Below are positions 11,921 to 24,339 of a DNA stretch of 64,000 bases, one piece after another. The DNA comes from Eledone cirrhosa. Its lineage: Eukaryota. Location: contig OZ024740.1 in NCBI GenBank assembly GCA_964016885.1, positions 279,124,001 to 279,188,000 on the forward strand, given 5' to 3'. The notes under the pieces were generated by a model. It ran no database searches. It was not told the origin of the DNA and was given only the letters and a program-made list of their open reading frames with translations. The position numbers and the translations under genes are program-made. The stretch's first letter is position 1. Every line of letters begins with the position of its first letter.

Positions 11921-12121
11921 TTAACCCTTTCATTGCCATATTTTAAATGAAAGGTACTGCATATGATTTTTCAAATAATTTCCAAAATAATTAAGAATTT
12001 GGAGAGGTTTATAGTGTTTGGAACTCTATATAAAATTATGACAGAAGATTTTTAGATAAATGCTTTAAAACAAAATGTTTTATATCATAGAACCAAAGTC
12101 AGTTTGGTATCAAAAGGCTAA
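11921..12121. mobile_element. TTAA/CCCTTT-type MITE, second family (relatives at about 13536-13853 and about 20266-20520)
   Basis: ttaaccctttc ... ggtatcaaaaggctaa; the ttggtatcaaaagg end recurs at 13836-13852 and inverted at about 20268-20281. Confidence 0.6.
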
Positions 12122-12124
12122 TAT

Positions 12125-12780
12125 TTCTTCTTCTTCACCCACTTATTCCTGGGAGGGCTGTGGGGGGCTGAGTCCTCAAGCATGCCTTCCAGAGGGTCCT
12201 ATCAGAAGCAACTGTCCCTGATTGATCCAGCAGGATCTCTAAGCAAGACCAGTCAAGCTCATAGATGTTATCCACTTATTTTGCTTGTGGTCTACTTCTG
12301 GGTCTCTTGCCGGTTGGTTTTGCCCATAAAATCTGTTCAATGATTCTTTCTTTAAACATTCTAATCACTTCCATAGTATTAGAGCTGTGGTCTCTTGAGT
12401 TGGAGAAGTAGCGGCTCTACCTGGAGTGACTCCCTGATCTCCGAGCCATGCACTCTATTGAGTAACAATATTCTAAAGACCTTTTGTGGAACCCTATTTT
12501 GGCTGCTTGTGTTCGCAATCATGTGCTTTCTGACATTATGGAAGATTTATGATCATAGGTAAGGGTAGGCACAAATACTGAATTGAAGATAGCAAGTTTG
12601 GCTTTTACACCTACCTCCCTTCTGATTACCAAATGCTGAAGCTGGCACAATTCTTGCATTTAATTCAGCCTTACATCACTCATCAAAATGGCCCTGAGAT
12701 ACTTGAACTTCTTCACCTGCTTCATTGTAAATCTTCTCACATCCACAGGCTTCCTTGAAACAATGAGTGTCTTATCACTA
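12125..12780 (-). mobile_element. Old non-LTR retrotransposon 3' fragment with a (GAA)n tail
   Basis: Minus strand VKKFKYL...EIRESLQVEPLLL...RPRSRPQ; cttcttcttc tail at the left end. Confidence 0.65.
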
Positions 12781-12847
12781 ATTATTTTGTCTATAAGCAT
12801 AACATAACCATTTTCCCACCAAATTTGTTATTTATTTTCCTAAATAA

Positions 12848-12988
<141 letters not shown>

Positions 12989-13980
12989 TAACATTTGTTT
13001 TTAAAAGCATTTCGATTTGCTCTTTGGGGTAGCATCCCCCAAATGTGTGCTCATTTTTAAAATAATATTTTTTAGTTTGTTTTAGCTATCTTGACTAAAA
13101 ACATGCTAGAACACCAGCTTCAGTGTTCAGTAGCTTTTATATTATCTATATATGCTGAGAGTAAAATATTTCTGGTTTTTTTTTTCTGTGCATGTAGCAT
13201 CTCTGGTTGGGGAATCAATAAATTGGTAGAGACCTCTATTTTGGTTGTAGCATTTTGCAGGTGATTGATCTGGCATGCTAAAAAGAACAGTGTCTAGGTC
13301 ATCTTTAAAAGTCATAGGGAAAACTTTGGTTAGATTTTGTAAACATTGTGAGTCTACACTGTCAATGTGGCATCCAGCCTTAGAAACCAAGCCAGAAACA
13401 GTTCTGTATGAGTGAGACACAGTCACCTGATCTGAATTGCCTCAAATGGGACAACTTGTCTAACTCGTGCTAGTGTGGAAAATGGATGTTAAACAGTGAT
13501 GATGATGCGAGAGGCAGTTGTATAATTGTGGGCTGTTAACCATATTTCTAATGAAAGAAACTGCTTATTTTAAATAATTTTGAAAATAATCCAAAATTTG
13601 TAAGGATTTAATAATAACTTTGCCTTTCATCCTTACGGGGTCGATAAAATAAAGACCCAGTAACGCACTAGGTAATTGCTGGCCTTGTGCCAAAAGTAGA
13701 AACAATTATTAAGTGGGTGTTTGGATCATAACTTAAAGGTTCTTACGCTGAGTGATGACGGAAGTTTTTAGATACATATAAACACTTTAAAATAAACAAT
13801 TCAGTATCATAGACTGAGGTGCAGTTTCAGGCATTTTGGTATCAAAAGGGTTGGATACCAATTGTTGTATTCCTGATGCACAAATTGAAATTTAAAGAAA
13901 GGAGTATCGTGATCTGATAGTATCTCCCATTTCTCTTGTTTTTTATTTCTTATATGTCTAAGTTTGATGCAATGAACCTT

Positions 13981-14528
13981 TAGTGTTTGCTCGGGGTCAC
14001 CATTTTAGTGTTTGCTCGGCGTCACCATTCTAGTGTTTGCTCGGGGTCACCATTTTTGGTGAATTGGCCATAGGGATATTTACTCCAGTAAATACCACTA
14101 CATGCCAACCACTAATTTAATTTGTTTAGAAGATGTAAAAGAAATGACGATGTAGTAATTGAAACATGACAAATACTTCGGAAAAGTGTATCAGTAACGA
14201 TTTGCATTTATTGAAGTAGCTTGTTACAATTTTGGTAGTGAAACGTACCTCGTGCCATGATGTGGTGTAATCCTGAGGTATAGGATAGGATTAGGAAAAG
14301 TTTAGCATCTGTGCTTGGTGTGGTCAGTTCTAGAGCCGTTGGTGAAAGAGAGAGAGCTTGACTGCGTTGCCATGTCTGGCCTTAAGGCCAGGCAGCCAAG
14401 AGGTGAAGAAGAGGTAGATTGTCCTTTGCTCCTTCTTTTATAATCTCTGAAACGGAAGTTAAAGGAGTATTCTAGAAATTCCACAGGAAGTAACTTTGGC
14501 TACTTCCCTTTGTCTAGAGAGCGCTACA
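13981..14528 (-). mobile_element. LTR of about 470 bp (14057-14528) followed by a tRNA-Trp-type primer-binding site in three 25-bp tandem copies
   Basis: Minus strand starts TGTAGCGC, has a TATAAAG box near 14440 and AATAAA at 14207-14212, ends ...CA, then aaaa-TGGTGACCCCG (complementary to the tRNA-Trp 3' end CGGGGUCACCA). Confidence 0.7.
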
Positions 14529-14956
14529 AACCATTGTGAAAAAATTAATATCAATCCACCCTGTCAGGTGGTTGTACTAGTGGCATGACTAAAAGCATCC
14601 AGTCCAACCTATAAAATGAGAATCTTGGTGCCATAAAAAAAGCACCCAGTCAATCCGTTAAAGTGGTTGTACTGGTACCATGACAAAAAGTATCCAGTCA
14701 ACCCTGTAAGGTGGTAGTGATGTAGCCATGAAAAAGGCTCCTTATATACACTATAAAGAGATTGACCATAAGAAGTGCATTCAGCTGTAGAAAACCAAGC
14801 CCAAAACTGAGTGTATGAGCAAGATGTAGTCACTTGACCTGTCTGGCCTCATAATGTGACAGCCTATCTAACCTATGCAAGCATGGAAAATAGATATTAA
14901 AAAGTGATGATAATGATAAATTATGTAAGTTTATTTTATACTTTTCACTTTCTTAC

Positions 14957-15170
14957 TTGGTGGATTGGTAGAATCATTAATGAGTCAGAAAAAATGCATT
15001 GTGGCATTTGTTTTGGTTCTTTATGTTCTCAGTTCAAACCTTCCAAAGATCAATTTTGCTTTTCATCCTTCCGGGTCGATAAAATAAAGGTACCAGTCTA
15101 GCACTGGGAGTCGTTGAATTGATTTATCTCTCCCACCAAATTGCTGGCTTTGTGTCTAAATTAGAAATCA
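14957..15170 (+). mobile_element. tRNA-derived SINE with a Meta-domain-like core (other copies at 13615-13710 and 21285-21445)
   Basis: A/B-box-like head, then the shared core tttgc(c/t)tttcatccttccggggtcgataaaata...accagt. Confidence 0.65.
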
Positions 15171-15257
15171 CGATCTTACTTTACGCTACTAAATGTAAAG
15201 TAGTCATTGCTATCAAATATTTCCTCTAAATATATCAAAGTATTATTTTTGTTTTAG

Positions 15258-15324
15258 ATGACATTACTACAACTGCTGATGGCACAGATACATATCACTT
15301 AGTAAAAAAGGCTGAACGGTACAA
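15258..15324 (+). CDS. PCYT2: PCYT2 coding exon, (D)DITTTADGTDTYHLVKKAERY(K)
   Basis: gttttag acceptor, gtaagt donor; DIT...DG.DTY..VK...RY signature; phase 1 in, phase 2 out. Confidence 0.95.
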
Positions 15325-15399
15325 GTAAGTATCACACATGTTTACATGTTAAGGTTTCTAATTATGGTTACATTATTTTATAAATTTTCATCGGAAGAG

Positions 15400-15680
15400 T
15401 GGAGGTGCATAGGCCTAGTGGTAAGGGTGTTGTACTTATAATCATAATATCATGGGATCGGTTCTTGGACTGGGTTGTATGTTGTGTTCTTGAACAAAAC
15501 ACTTCATTTCATGTTGCCCCAGTATACTCGCTGACAATAAGTACCAACTGGGAGTTTAATCTTGAGATGGACTGGCATCCTGTCCATGTGGGAGTCTTGT
15601 ACTCTCAGTCATTTAATGCCATAGAAACTGGATGAGCACTAGCCTGATGAGCCTCCTGGCTCAAGACAAACTTTAGACTT
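15400..15680 (+). mobile_element. tRNA-derived SINE (family shared with 21857-22135)
   Basis: ggaggtgcataggcctagtggtaaggg A-box head; aaacacttcattt.atgttgc core; homologous along its length to 21857-22135. Confidence 0.75.
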
Positions 15681-15899
15681 TAAACCAATAGAGAGAGAGA
15701 GAGCCAGTTTCTAACATAGATATAAGACTTTTTCATTGGAATTTAGACAACATCAACTAGGTAAATACGTATGTATGTCTGTAGGTGTTTGTTTGGGTAT
15801 GTGTGTGTGTGTGCAGGTATGGATGTTATCGCCTGTGTAGATCTGCATGTTTTGAGTTATATGTGTACATGTGCATATGTTTCTGTATCAATACGTATG

Positions 15900-18800
15900 T
15901 CATCATTATCATTATCACCATTTTACGTCCATTCTTCCACTCTAGCATGGGTTAGACAGGTTGTCCTGTTGTGGGCAATGCCAGGTCAGGGGACCATGTC
16001 TTGCTCATACAGAACTGATTTTGGCTTGATTTCTACAGCTGGATGCCCTTCTTAACACAAACCTCATTTAAAGTGAGTACTGGGTGTTTTATTATACCAT
16101 GGCGCCTACACGACCACTTTACAGTGTGGGCTGGGTGCTTATTTGCTGTGGCACCTCCTCGACAACTTTACAGTGTGGACTGGGTGATTTTTGTCGTGAC
16201 ACCTACACAACCACTTTACAGTGGGAGGGGGTTGGGGGCATACTGTCTATATGCTTCAGCTTCGGCTTGTACCTGTGGGAAGTCGGGTTTTGGTTTGTGT
16301 CGTCGCCTTTGAGAGGTGCAATTGAGCAAGGTTAGCTTTTATCATCTCATGCCAGGTCTTCTTGCGTCTCCCCACTCCAAGGCTTTCATCGACTTTTAAT
16401 GCTCTGCACCTTTTTATGCAGCTGTCATCCTTCATACACATCACATGGCCATACCAATGCAACCTCCTCTCCTGCACACAGCATATAATGCCGCTTTATG
16501 CTTAGTTTCTCAATTCGTTTATGCTTTGCCGTTCGCGTATATTACTATTACACATCCATCGGAGCATGTAAACTTCATTTCTTTCTAATCTACACAAGTC
16601 TTCTAGCAGTGGTAGTAGCTCCCTGAACTTCTTCCATCCCATTCTTACCCTGGTTACTGTACTTTCAGAATCCCCACTGCTGCTAATTCAGTCACCTAGG
16701 TAGCAAAAGCTGTTTACTGTTTTTACAGAGCCCTCCTAGAGTTTGGTAGTGCTTGTTTCCTGTGGCCATTTGCTGCTTATTGTCCCGGTGCAACTGCTAC
16801 ATGCAAAGCCTACATTCTTAACTAAACTTCCTGAGATTCCACTACATCTCTTGTGTACCCATAGTTTGCATTTGGGGCAGAGAATGGAGTTCCTACCTAC
16901 ACCTTTCCTACATACTGAGCAAGGTCATTTCCCTGAGGGGATCTGGCTTCTGTTTTCTTGTCTACTTACAAGGAACTTTAGTCTTTGTCAGGTTGACTTT
17001 GAGACCCCTTCTTTCTAGTCCCTGCTTCCGTTTGGAATTTCTTCTCTAGTTCCACTATAGATTCAGCTATAAGTGAAAGATCATCTGCGTTCAGAAGTTC
17101 CCATGAGCATCCGGTCTTAAACTCCTCTGTTATAGCCTGCAATACGATAATAAACAGGAGAGTCTAAGAACAGAGCCCTGGTGGACACCAACCTGTATGT
17201 TAAATTCCTCGTTATAGTCATTGTTAACTTTAACTTTGCTGACTGTTGCTCTATACATGGCTTGTACAGCCTTCACAAGCCATTCATCTACTCCTAGTTT
17301 TCTAAGAGCTCACCATATTATAGCATGGGGCACTCTGTTAAAGGCTATTTCCAGATCGACAAATGCCAGGTAGAACAGCTTACTTTTAGCTAGGTACTTT
17401 TCCTGTAACTGCCTCATAAGGAAGAGAGCATCAGGGGTGCTTTTGCCTAGCACAAACCCAAACTGCATCTCATCAAGTTTTACCCAGTCCCTAATCAGCT
17501 GTGCTTTAACTCTTTCCGTTACTTTCATGACCCTTGTAGCAATGATGCTGCTGTGCCAATCCTTTGGTATGACACCCTCTAGTATTACCTGGTTAACAAT
17601 ATGTGTGGTTTTGGTGTGATCTACCGACCCAGATACTTTCAGCATCTCGGCAGCTATATCCGATGGGCCGGTTGCCTTCCCAGTCTTCATATCTTTAATT
17701 GCCTTACTTACTACACTGCTGCTGACTTGTATTGCTGGGCACTCTATAGGGTCCACTTGGGGTAGGGTCTCTTTCTCCCATGCATTCTCCTCATTTAGTA
17801 ATCTTTCATAATAGCTTTCTTCTTGGCACATGTGCGGGCAAGCTCACCTTTATTATTCTGGAAACACTTCTCTCTAACAACATCACAACTTTCTCTAACA
17901 CACTGCCTCGCAATCCTGAACACCTCCTGTTTCTGGTACTCACGCTGCAAAACATGCTTCAATTTTCTATCCTCCGCTTCCCTTCTAGCTAAGTATACTT
18001 GTCGCCTAGTTTCCCTCCTGGTCTCTATGCAATATACCCTGCTTCCCCATTCTTCCATTGTTTCCATGCCTGTCTCTTAGCCTTAATTGCCTCATCTACC
18101 TTATTGTTCCACCACCAAGTCACTCTCCTTCTCCCTGTGGTTTTGCTGCAACCACAAATCTCGTCTGTTGCCTTAGTAAGTTATTTTTTAGGAACTCCCA
18201 GTGCTCTTTTATATTGAATGTCTCTATCTGTTATTCTTTACCGTAAATCCATCACCGGCTGAGGGGTCTTTCAGCTTCCAAATCTTTCTTCTCCAAGTTG
18301 CCTTCTGTTTCCAAGTCGCTGATAACTAAGTTATGTTGGGAGGTACATTCCTCACCAAGGAAGGCTTTTGTGTTTATAACCGTCCACCTATCTCATCCTC
18401 TGATAAGCATAAAATCTATCTGACTAGAATGCTCCCCTGATCTAAAGGTGATCAGATGGTTGTCGGGTTTTTTGAAGTTTGTGTTACATATCGACATGTC
18501 ATTGGCGTCACAGAATTCTAGAAGCCTGAAGCCTTCTTCATTTCTTTTGCCAAAGCTGTAGCCTCCATGGACTCTATAGAAGCCGTCACAGTGTTTCCCA
18601 ATGTGTCCGTTAAAGTCTCCTGCAATGATTAGGAAGTCATTGTCATTTTTTAGGGCAGTAGTGTGTATTAAGGACTCATAAAACCTATCCTTAGGTTCAT
18701 CTAGCAACCCAGGTGCGTAAAATGATATAATTGTAGCAATTGTTTTATTCAGGACTATCTGAGTTTAATGATTCTTGCATTCACCCTGTTCACTGAGATT

Positions 18801-19040
18801 ACCTTATCTACCCATTTGTCAGCTAATAGTATACCTACAGCACCCAATCTGTTGTCATTTCCCACCCAGAAAAATTTGTAGTACTGATTTTTGCCTACAA
18901 GGACTCTAGCGGACTCTCCTCTTCATCTAGTCTCTTGCATACATCAATTTCCTTTTGCTCTAACATCTCTACAATTTCTCCTGTTCTTCCTTTCATTGTG
19001 CTTGCATTGATGGTGCCAACTAGGAGTTTGGGGCATTTGC
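15900..19040 (-). mobile_element. Near full-length degenerate RTE-clade LINE (APE endonuclease, RT, 3' UTR)
   Basis: FLIIAGDFNGHIG...SQIDFMLIR (APE); QFGFVLGKST...LAFVDLEIAFNRVPH; GVHQGSVL and ADDL remnants; Cys-rich insert; RRLHWYGHV; (TGA)n-like tail at 15900. Confidence 0.93.
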
Positions 19041-19466
19041 CATCACTCGTGAGAAAGGGTGAATTTTTGCGGGGGCGTTTGTATGCTTTCTGTCTCTGAA
19101 TTAAAGCTTCAGGTTTGTTCCATTATCCTCAGCTCATTCATAGATAACGATAAACAAGAATTTATTTGGGGCAGGGCTAGAAGAATTGTAGTAGTAATGG
19201 CAGAATTTGTTGGTGCAGGTAATGGGTGAGGATATGTTACTGTGGTTTGGTTGGTCCTAAAGCCTATGGTGGTGAGTAGGGGTGGGCAGGAGGAAAATTG
19301 TGAGATAGGTAGCCATCATGGCGTATATCGTCGCTGAGGATTCGTGAGATAGGTACCCATCATGGCATATATTGTTGCTGAGGATTTGCGGGGAAATAAG
19401 CAGATTCAAGTAGGCATATTCGACAAGGCGAATGTGTGAGACTTTCAATAGATTGATAGATTGATT

Positions 19467-19858
19467 GGGATGAGTTCATAGAGAATTGGAGTGAGAGAGG
19501 GGGGAGAATGTCCAGTGTGGTTTATTTCGAAAAAAGCCGAAATACACATTGGGGAAATAAGTGAATAATAATAATAATAATAATGTATACAGAACATTTT
19601 CAAATTGCGAAAAAAAATACCTGTAGAGACGAAATAAGCTATGGATGGCTGGGATAAGTTGGAAATCTTTAAAAATCCATAGAGGAGGGTCAAAAGCTGT
19701 CTAGATTCATAACACCAAAATGAATGAGTGAGAGAAAGGGGTAGAATGGCGTGGGTTTGGGATGAGTTCATAGAGAGTTGGAGAGAAAGAGGGGGAGAAT
19801 GTCCAGCGTGGTTTATTTCGAAAAAAGCTGAAATATATGTTGGGGAAATAAGCGAATA
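19467..19858. repeat. Dispersed direct repeat of about 100 bp (19467-19567 and 19759-19858), possibly the 5' UTR of the adjacent LINE
   Basis: gggatgagttcatagaga.ttgga...ggagaatgtccag.gtggtttatttcgaaaaaagc...ttggggaaataag occurs twice. Confidence 0.8.
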
Positions 19859-20113
19859 TATGCAGTTATTACGTGCAGGATTAAAAAAATGTTTTATGTA
19901 TATTTGCACTTCCATTAATGGACTGTATTTGAAACTTGTATGTATGTGTGTGTATGTGAGTGTGTGAAAGTGTACATGCATCAGTGTGTATGTGTGTGCA
20001 TATCTGTCTATGTATGTATGTATGTGTTTGTATGTATATATATATATGTGTGTTTTCTAGTTATTTGTTGATTTAATGACATGGTATTTTTGTTTTATCA
20101 AATATTTATCTAG

Positions 20114-20161
20114 AGAATGTAAACGAACGGAAGGTGTGTCAACAACAGATATTGTAGGCAG
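20114..20161 (+). CDS. PCYT2: PCYT2 coding exon, (K)ECKRTEGVSTTDIVG(R)
   Basis: tctag acceptor, gtgaga donor; RTEGVSTT cytidylyltransferase motif; phase 2 in, phase 2 out; no downstream exon found in the window. Confidence 0.94.
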
Positions 20162-20674
20162 GTGAGAACATTTTAATCTATTATAATGTTTTCATTTACA
20201 GCTGTTCTGTTTTTATTACTAATAGTAAGGTAATATGCATAAAACCTAGTTGTATTTTTCTATTTGAACCCTTTTGATACCAGCCTGTCTAAAATTGGTT
20301 TTGGTTTTATGATACAAAATTGTTTCTTTTAAAGTAATTGTTTCTTGGTTTTGGTTTTATGATACAAAATTGTTTCTTTTAAAGTATTCATATTTAAAAT
20401 CTTATATAAATTTTATGTAAGAATATTTTGATAAACAATGTTGTAAATATCAACTTTGCAATGAAAAATTTAAGTGATATTACTAAATTTCTTCAAATTA
20501 TTCATTATTTTCAAAATTAAATGAAGGACATGCAGAAAGTATTTCATTTGAAATATGGTAACAAAATGATTTAAAAATGTAATTGGATGTGTGTGATAAA
20601 AGTGTGCAGTTTATAGCACTGCATGTGCATATTCTAGATGTGTTTAGGACATAGTAGTGATAGTTACATGTTGA

Positions 20675-20920
20675 ATCATCATCGTCATCATCATCATCAC
20701 CGTTTAATGTCCTTTTTTTCAAGCTAGCATGGGTTAAACATGCTTTGTTGAGTTAAGTCAGGTTAGATAACTGTGTCTTGTTCATACAGAACAGTTTCTG
20801 GCTTGGCTTCTACAGCTGGATGCCCTTCCTAATGCCAACCACATTTACAGTGTGGATTGGGTACCTTTTATTGCGGTACCAAAACAACCACTTTACAGAG
20901 TGGACTGGGTGTTTTTTTGT
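20675..20920 (-). mobile_element. Short RTE 3'-end derivative (similar pieces at about 11320-11460, 13340-13507 and 14600-14920 on +)
   Basis: (cat)n tail, gctagcatgggtt and ttctacagctggatgcccttcctaatgccaacc, shared with the RTE 3' UTR. Confidence 0.75.
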
Positions 20921-21713
20921 AGTTGAATGTTTACAGTATATAGCAATTACAGGTGTGTATTAAAAATATACAGTTGTTGATTTAGCTTAGGACAACACTG
21001 ATTGAGCAGATTTAATAAAAACATATGAGCCATGACTTTATTGGTGTATGAATAACTACATTGTTTAATGTGTCTTGCCCTTGATAAGATGGTAGGGTTT
21101 AATTTTAGGAATTTGGCTAATATCTCTACTCTACCGCATAAAGTCCAATTCAACTCGTGGATGTAAAAAGCAATGATAACGGTCATCATCATAAGATTGA
21201 ATAACTATGCAAAGGTGCTCTCATTGGTTTGAAAAATATACAGTATATAGGAATAGCTAAGGTCTTTCAAAAGTGTATTTTTGTTCGTGGGGAATTGGCA
21301 GTCGTTAGAACGTCAGATAGAATGCTTTATGGTATTCGTTTTGGCTCTTTGCTCTCTGAGTTCAAATCCCACCGAAGTCAACTTTGCTTTTCAACCTTTC
21401 AAGGTCGATAAAAAAAGTACCAGTCTAGTACTGGGGTCAATTCTTCCTCTTTTTGGAAGAAATCTGCTCTACTCAGGCCTTGGGATGGGCTCCACCAGGC
21501 TTAAAATGCCCAAGAAACGCTGTATGTCAATGTGACACCTCTACGACTTTATCAGGAGTTATAGTTCCATACAATACCATACCATCAAAAGTGTATGATA
21601 AATATAGCTATCACACAATTGTGTTAGAAATGTGCAGTAAACACACACACACACATGTATGTGTGTTTCTGTGTGTTTATATATATTTATGAGTATACAC
21701 ACACACATATATA

Positions 21714-21814
21714 CAGGGTGTCCCCCAAAAATGTATACACACTTCAACAGCATCGTAATAAATATTGCCTGTATAGGTAATCAAAGTGTGTATACATTTT
21801 TTGGGGACACCCTT
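21714..21814. mobile_element. Tc1/mariner-type MITE of about 100 bp
   Basis: TIRs CAGGGTGTCCCCCAAAAATGTATACACACTT / AAGTGTGTATACATTTTTTGGGGACACCCT, with TA on both sides. Confidence 0.85.
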
Positions 21815-21856
21815 TATATATACATATATATATTTATATGTATATCATATAGTATG

Positions 21857-22135
21857 TGGAGGCACATGGCCTAGTGGTAAGGGTTTTGGATATACGATCA
21901 TAATGCCATGGGTTTGATTCCTTGATTGGGTTGTATGATACGTTTTCGAGTAAAACACTTCATTTTATGTTGCTTCAGTATACTCAGCTGAAAATGAGTA
22001 CCGGCAATAGCTGGGGATTTAACCTTGTGATGGATTGATGTCCTGTCCAGGAGGGAGTCTTGTACTCCAGTTGTTTAATGCCATGGAAACCAGGATAAGC
22101 ACCCTCCGGATGAGACTCAGGGCTTGAGACAGATT
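21857..22135 (+). mobile_element. tRNA-derived SINE
   Basis: ggaggcacatggcctagtggtaaggg (A box) and gggtttgattcct (B box); homologous to 15400-15680. Confidence 0.78.
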
Positions 22136-22163
22136 TTTTATATCTTAGTATATACATATATAT

Positions 22164-22571
22164 ATAACAAGGAAAGAGTGTTTAATAACATTTAACTATT
22201 AATGATGGTTTCATCCAAGCACAAGGCCGGAATCATTCTAAAGTTAGAACACAGATAACTTTGTTAAAGAGCATTCTGGGGATACCGTATATGGGAAGAG
22301 AGCAAAATATCTATTATTTTTGCTTTCTTCCCATATATGGTATCCCCAGAATGTTCTTTGACAAAGTTATCTGTGTTCTAACTTTAGATTTATACTCTGA
22401 TGATTCTGGCCTTGTGCTTGGATGAAACCATCATTAGTAATTAAATGTTATTAAACACTCTTTGATTGTTATTTATAAAGTATTCCTGCTCTGTATTATA
22501 TTTGTTATTTTACATCGAGCTACTCTCATACTTGTAATTGGATAATATTGATTATTTAATATTACCTACAT

Positions 22572-22575
<4 letters not shown>
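22164..22575. mobile_element. Fold-back PLE-type terminal repeat: arms 22164-22309 / 22315-22472, with a hammerhead-like core in the + arm
   Basis: Inverted arms of about 145 bp around a loop of about 5 nt; CTGATGA at 22397 and GAAA at 22424; flanked by (TA)n. Confidence 0.75.
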
Positions 22576-22609
<34 letters not shown>

Positions 22610-22717
22610 TATATAGGAACGAGTAGGACCCCGACGGCTGAGCTCAAGTCGTTTCGACGGCTAATTCTGGACTAAATTAGCCAGAATTATATATATATAT
22701 ACATATATATATACATA

Positions 22718-23527
22718 TACGAACAGCAATGTTGCATGGCAGTGAGACCTGGGCATTGTGTGCAGAGGATATACGCAGACTAGAGAGGAACGAAGCTTGC
22801 ATGCTCCGCTGGATGTGTAACAGTAATATACGTGAACGGCAAAGCAGAAATGAACTAAAGAAAAAATTAGAGATAAGAGGGATCAGATGTTGTTTACTCG
22901 AGAGAAGGCTACGTTGGTATGGACACGTGATGCGCATGAAAGTCGATAGCTGTATAACAAAGTGCAGGGCAATAAAGATAGACGGTAGTCACGGAATAGG
23001 CAGACCTAGAAAAACCTGGGACGAGCTGATAAACTCCGACATCACACACTTACACCTCTCCAAGACAATGTCACTGGACCGAGACCTTTGGCGGTACTCA
23101 GTAACAGAGAAGACCCGCCTTACCTAAATATATATAGTAAAACCTACTCCAGCCAGTAGGCATCTCTAACAAAATACCCCCCCCCCCCCATCCACACCAC
23201 CCCGTTCTATGTAAAGTTATGTTGGTGCCGCGCCATCCAGGCCGAAACAAATGAGATCGTGTAGGTCGAAACAAATGAGATCGTGTAGGTGTCACGACAA
23301 AAAAAACACACAGTCCACGCTGTAATGTGGCCGTGTAGGCAACACGGTAAAAACCTCCCAGACCCACACTGTAAATGTGGTTGGTGTTAGGAAGGGCATC
23401 CAACTGTAGAAAACCTGCCAGACAGTCCTATGCGAGCAAGACAATCACTCTTGCCTCAAGTGGGACTACCCCCGTCCAAACCCATGCAAGCGTGGAACAC
23501 GGACGTTAAACGTTGATGATGAGGATG

Positions 23528-23530
<3 letters not shown>
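22718..23530 (+). mobile_element. 5'-truncated RTE-clade LINE within (TA)n
   Basis: MLHGSETW...RLRWYGHVMRM...GRPRKTW; 3' end aaacgttgatgatgaggatga running into (TA)n. Confidence 0.92.
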
Positions 23531-23570
<40 letters not shown>

Positions 23571-23576
<6 letters not shown>

Positions 23577-23786
23577 GTGGGTAATATTAAATAATCAATA
23601 TTATCCAATTACAAGTATGAGAGTAGCTCGATGTAAAATAACAAATATTAGTCCAGAATTAGCCGTCGAAACGGCTTGAGCTCAGCCGTTGGGGTCCTAC
23701 TCATTCCTATTACCCACTCTACTACCCTAAGTATTGAGTACTTTGGTGCATTATGGTCCATCTGGTTCCTTACCACATTTCCTTCG

Positions 23787-23790
<4 letters not shown>
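23571..23790. mobile_element. Chimeric PLE-type terminal fragment: inverted copy of 22497-22575 joined to an inverted and extended copy of 22615-22675
   Basis: Direct sequence identity to both upstream segments; contains GAAAcggct-tgagctc-agccgTT-gggg (hammerhead stem III half). Confidence 0.75.
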
Positions 23791-23821
<31 letters not shown>

Positions 23822-24000
23822 TGTATGGATATTCCAACAGGCACTAAGTACCTACAGAAATATGCATGGTGTTTATAATAGTTGTGGTTCGATGGTGCGA
23901 ATTTGAGATACCAGAACTATAAAAATGAGCAGAACAAGTAATCATCAAACAATCTTTTAAATAAATTTAAAAAATGATTTAAATATTCACCTGTTCTATT

Positions 24001-24080
24001 GCCGTTGCCAACGATTTCACTAATCAAAAGATTGGAAATCCAGAGAATTTCCAATGGAAAGAATTAGATCTTCAGACAGC
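24001..24080 (-). ncRNA. Mutated minus-strand copy of the same hammerhead
   Basis: Reverse complement reads gctgt-CTGAAGA...GAAA-tcg t tgg-CA-acggc; the U of the NUH triplet is changed to C. Confidence 0.6.
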
Positions 24081-24186
24081 TTTTACTCATGGCCTATTTT
24101 TGTGTGTGAGTCACTTTAACGGCTTGACCGCAGGGAGCGAAATATTAACTTACTATGAGGCTTTATACCCTTATAGTATGGAAATA

Positions 24187-24266
24187 GCTGTCTGAAGATC
24201 TAATTCTTTCCATTGGAAATTCTCTGCATTTCCAATCTTTTGATTAGTGAAACCGTCGGTAACGGC
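24187..24266 (+). ncRNA. Type I hammerhead ribozyme with extended stem II, GUA triplet (predicted cut after 24261)
   Basis: gctgt-CTGAAGA-t ctaat...[ttggaaat tctctgc atttccaa]...attag t-GAAA-ccg t cgg-T-A-acggc; all core nucleotides are present. Confidence 0.8.
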
Positions 24267-24339
24267 AATAGTAGAGGTGAATATTTAAATCGTTTTTTAA
24301 TTTATTTAAAAGATTGTTTGAGGATTACTTGTTCCGCTC

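Noticed and set aside
15640-15670. CTGATGAG-cc...ggctc hammerhead-like start
   Set aside because: No GAAA box or stem III follows; it is the 3' tail of the SINE, and the paralog near 22105 reads ccggatgag.
15400-22135. tRNA genes at the SINE heads (15400, 21857)
   Set aside because: A/B boxes only, with no complete cloverleaf, and they continue into shared SINE bodies.
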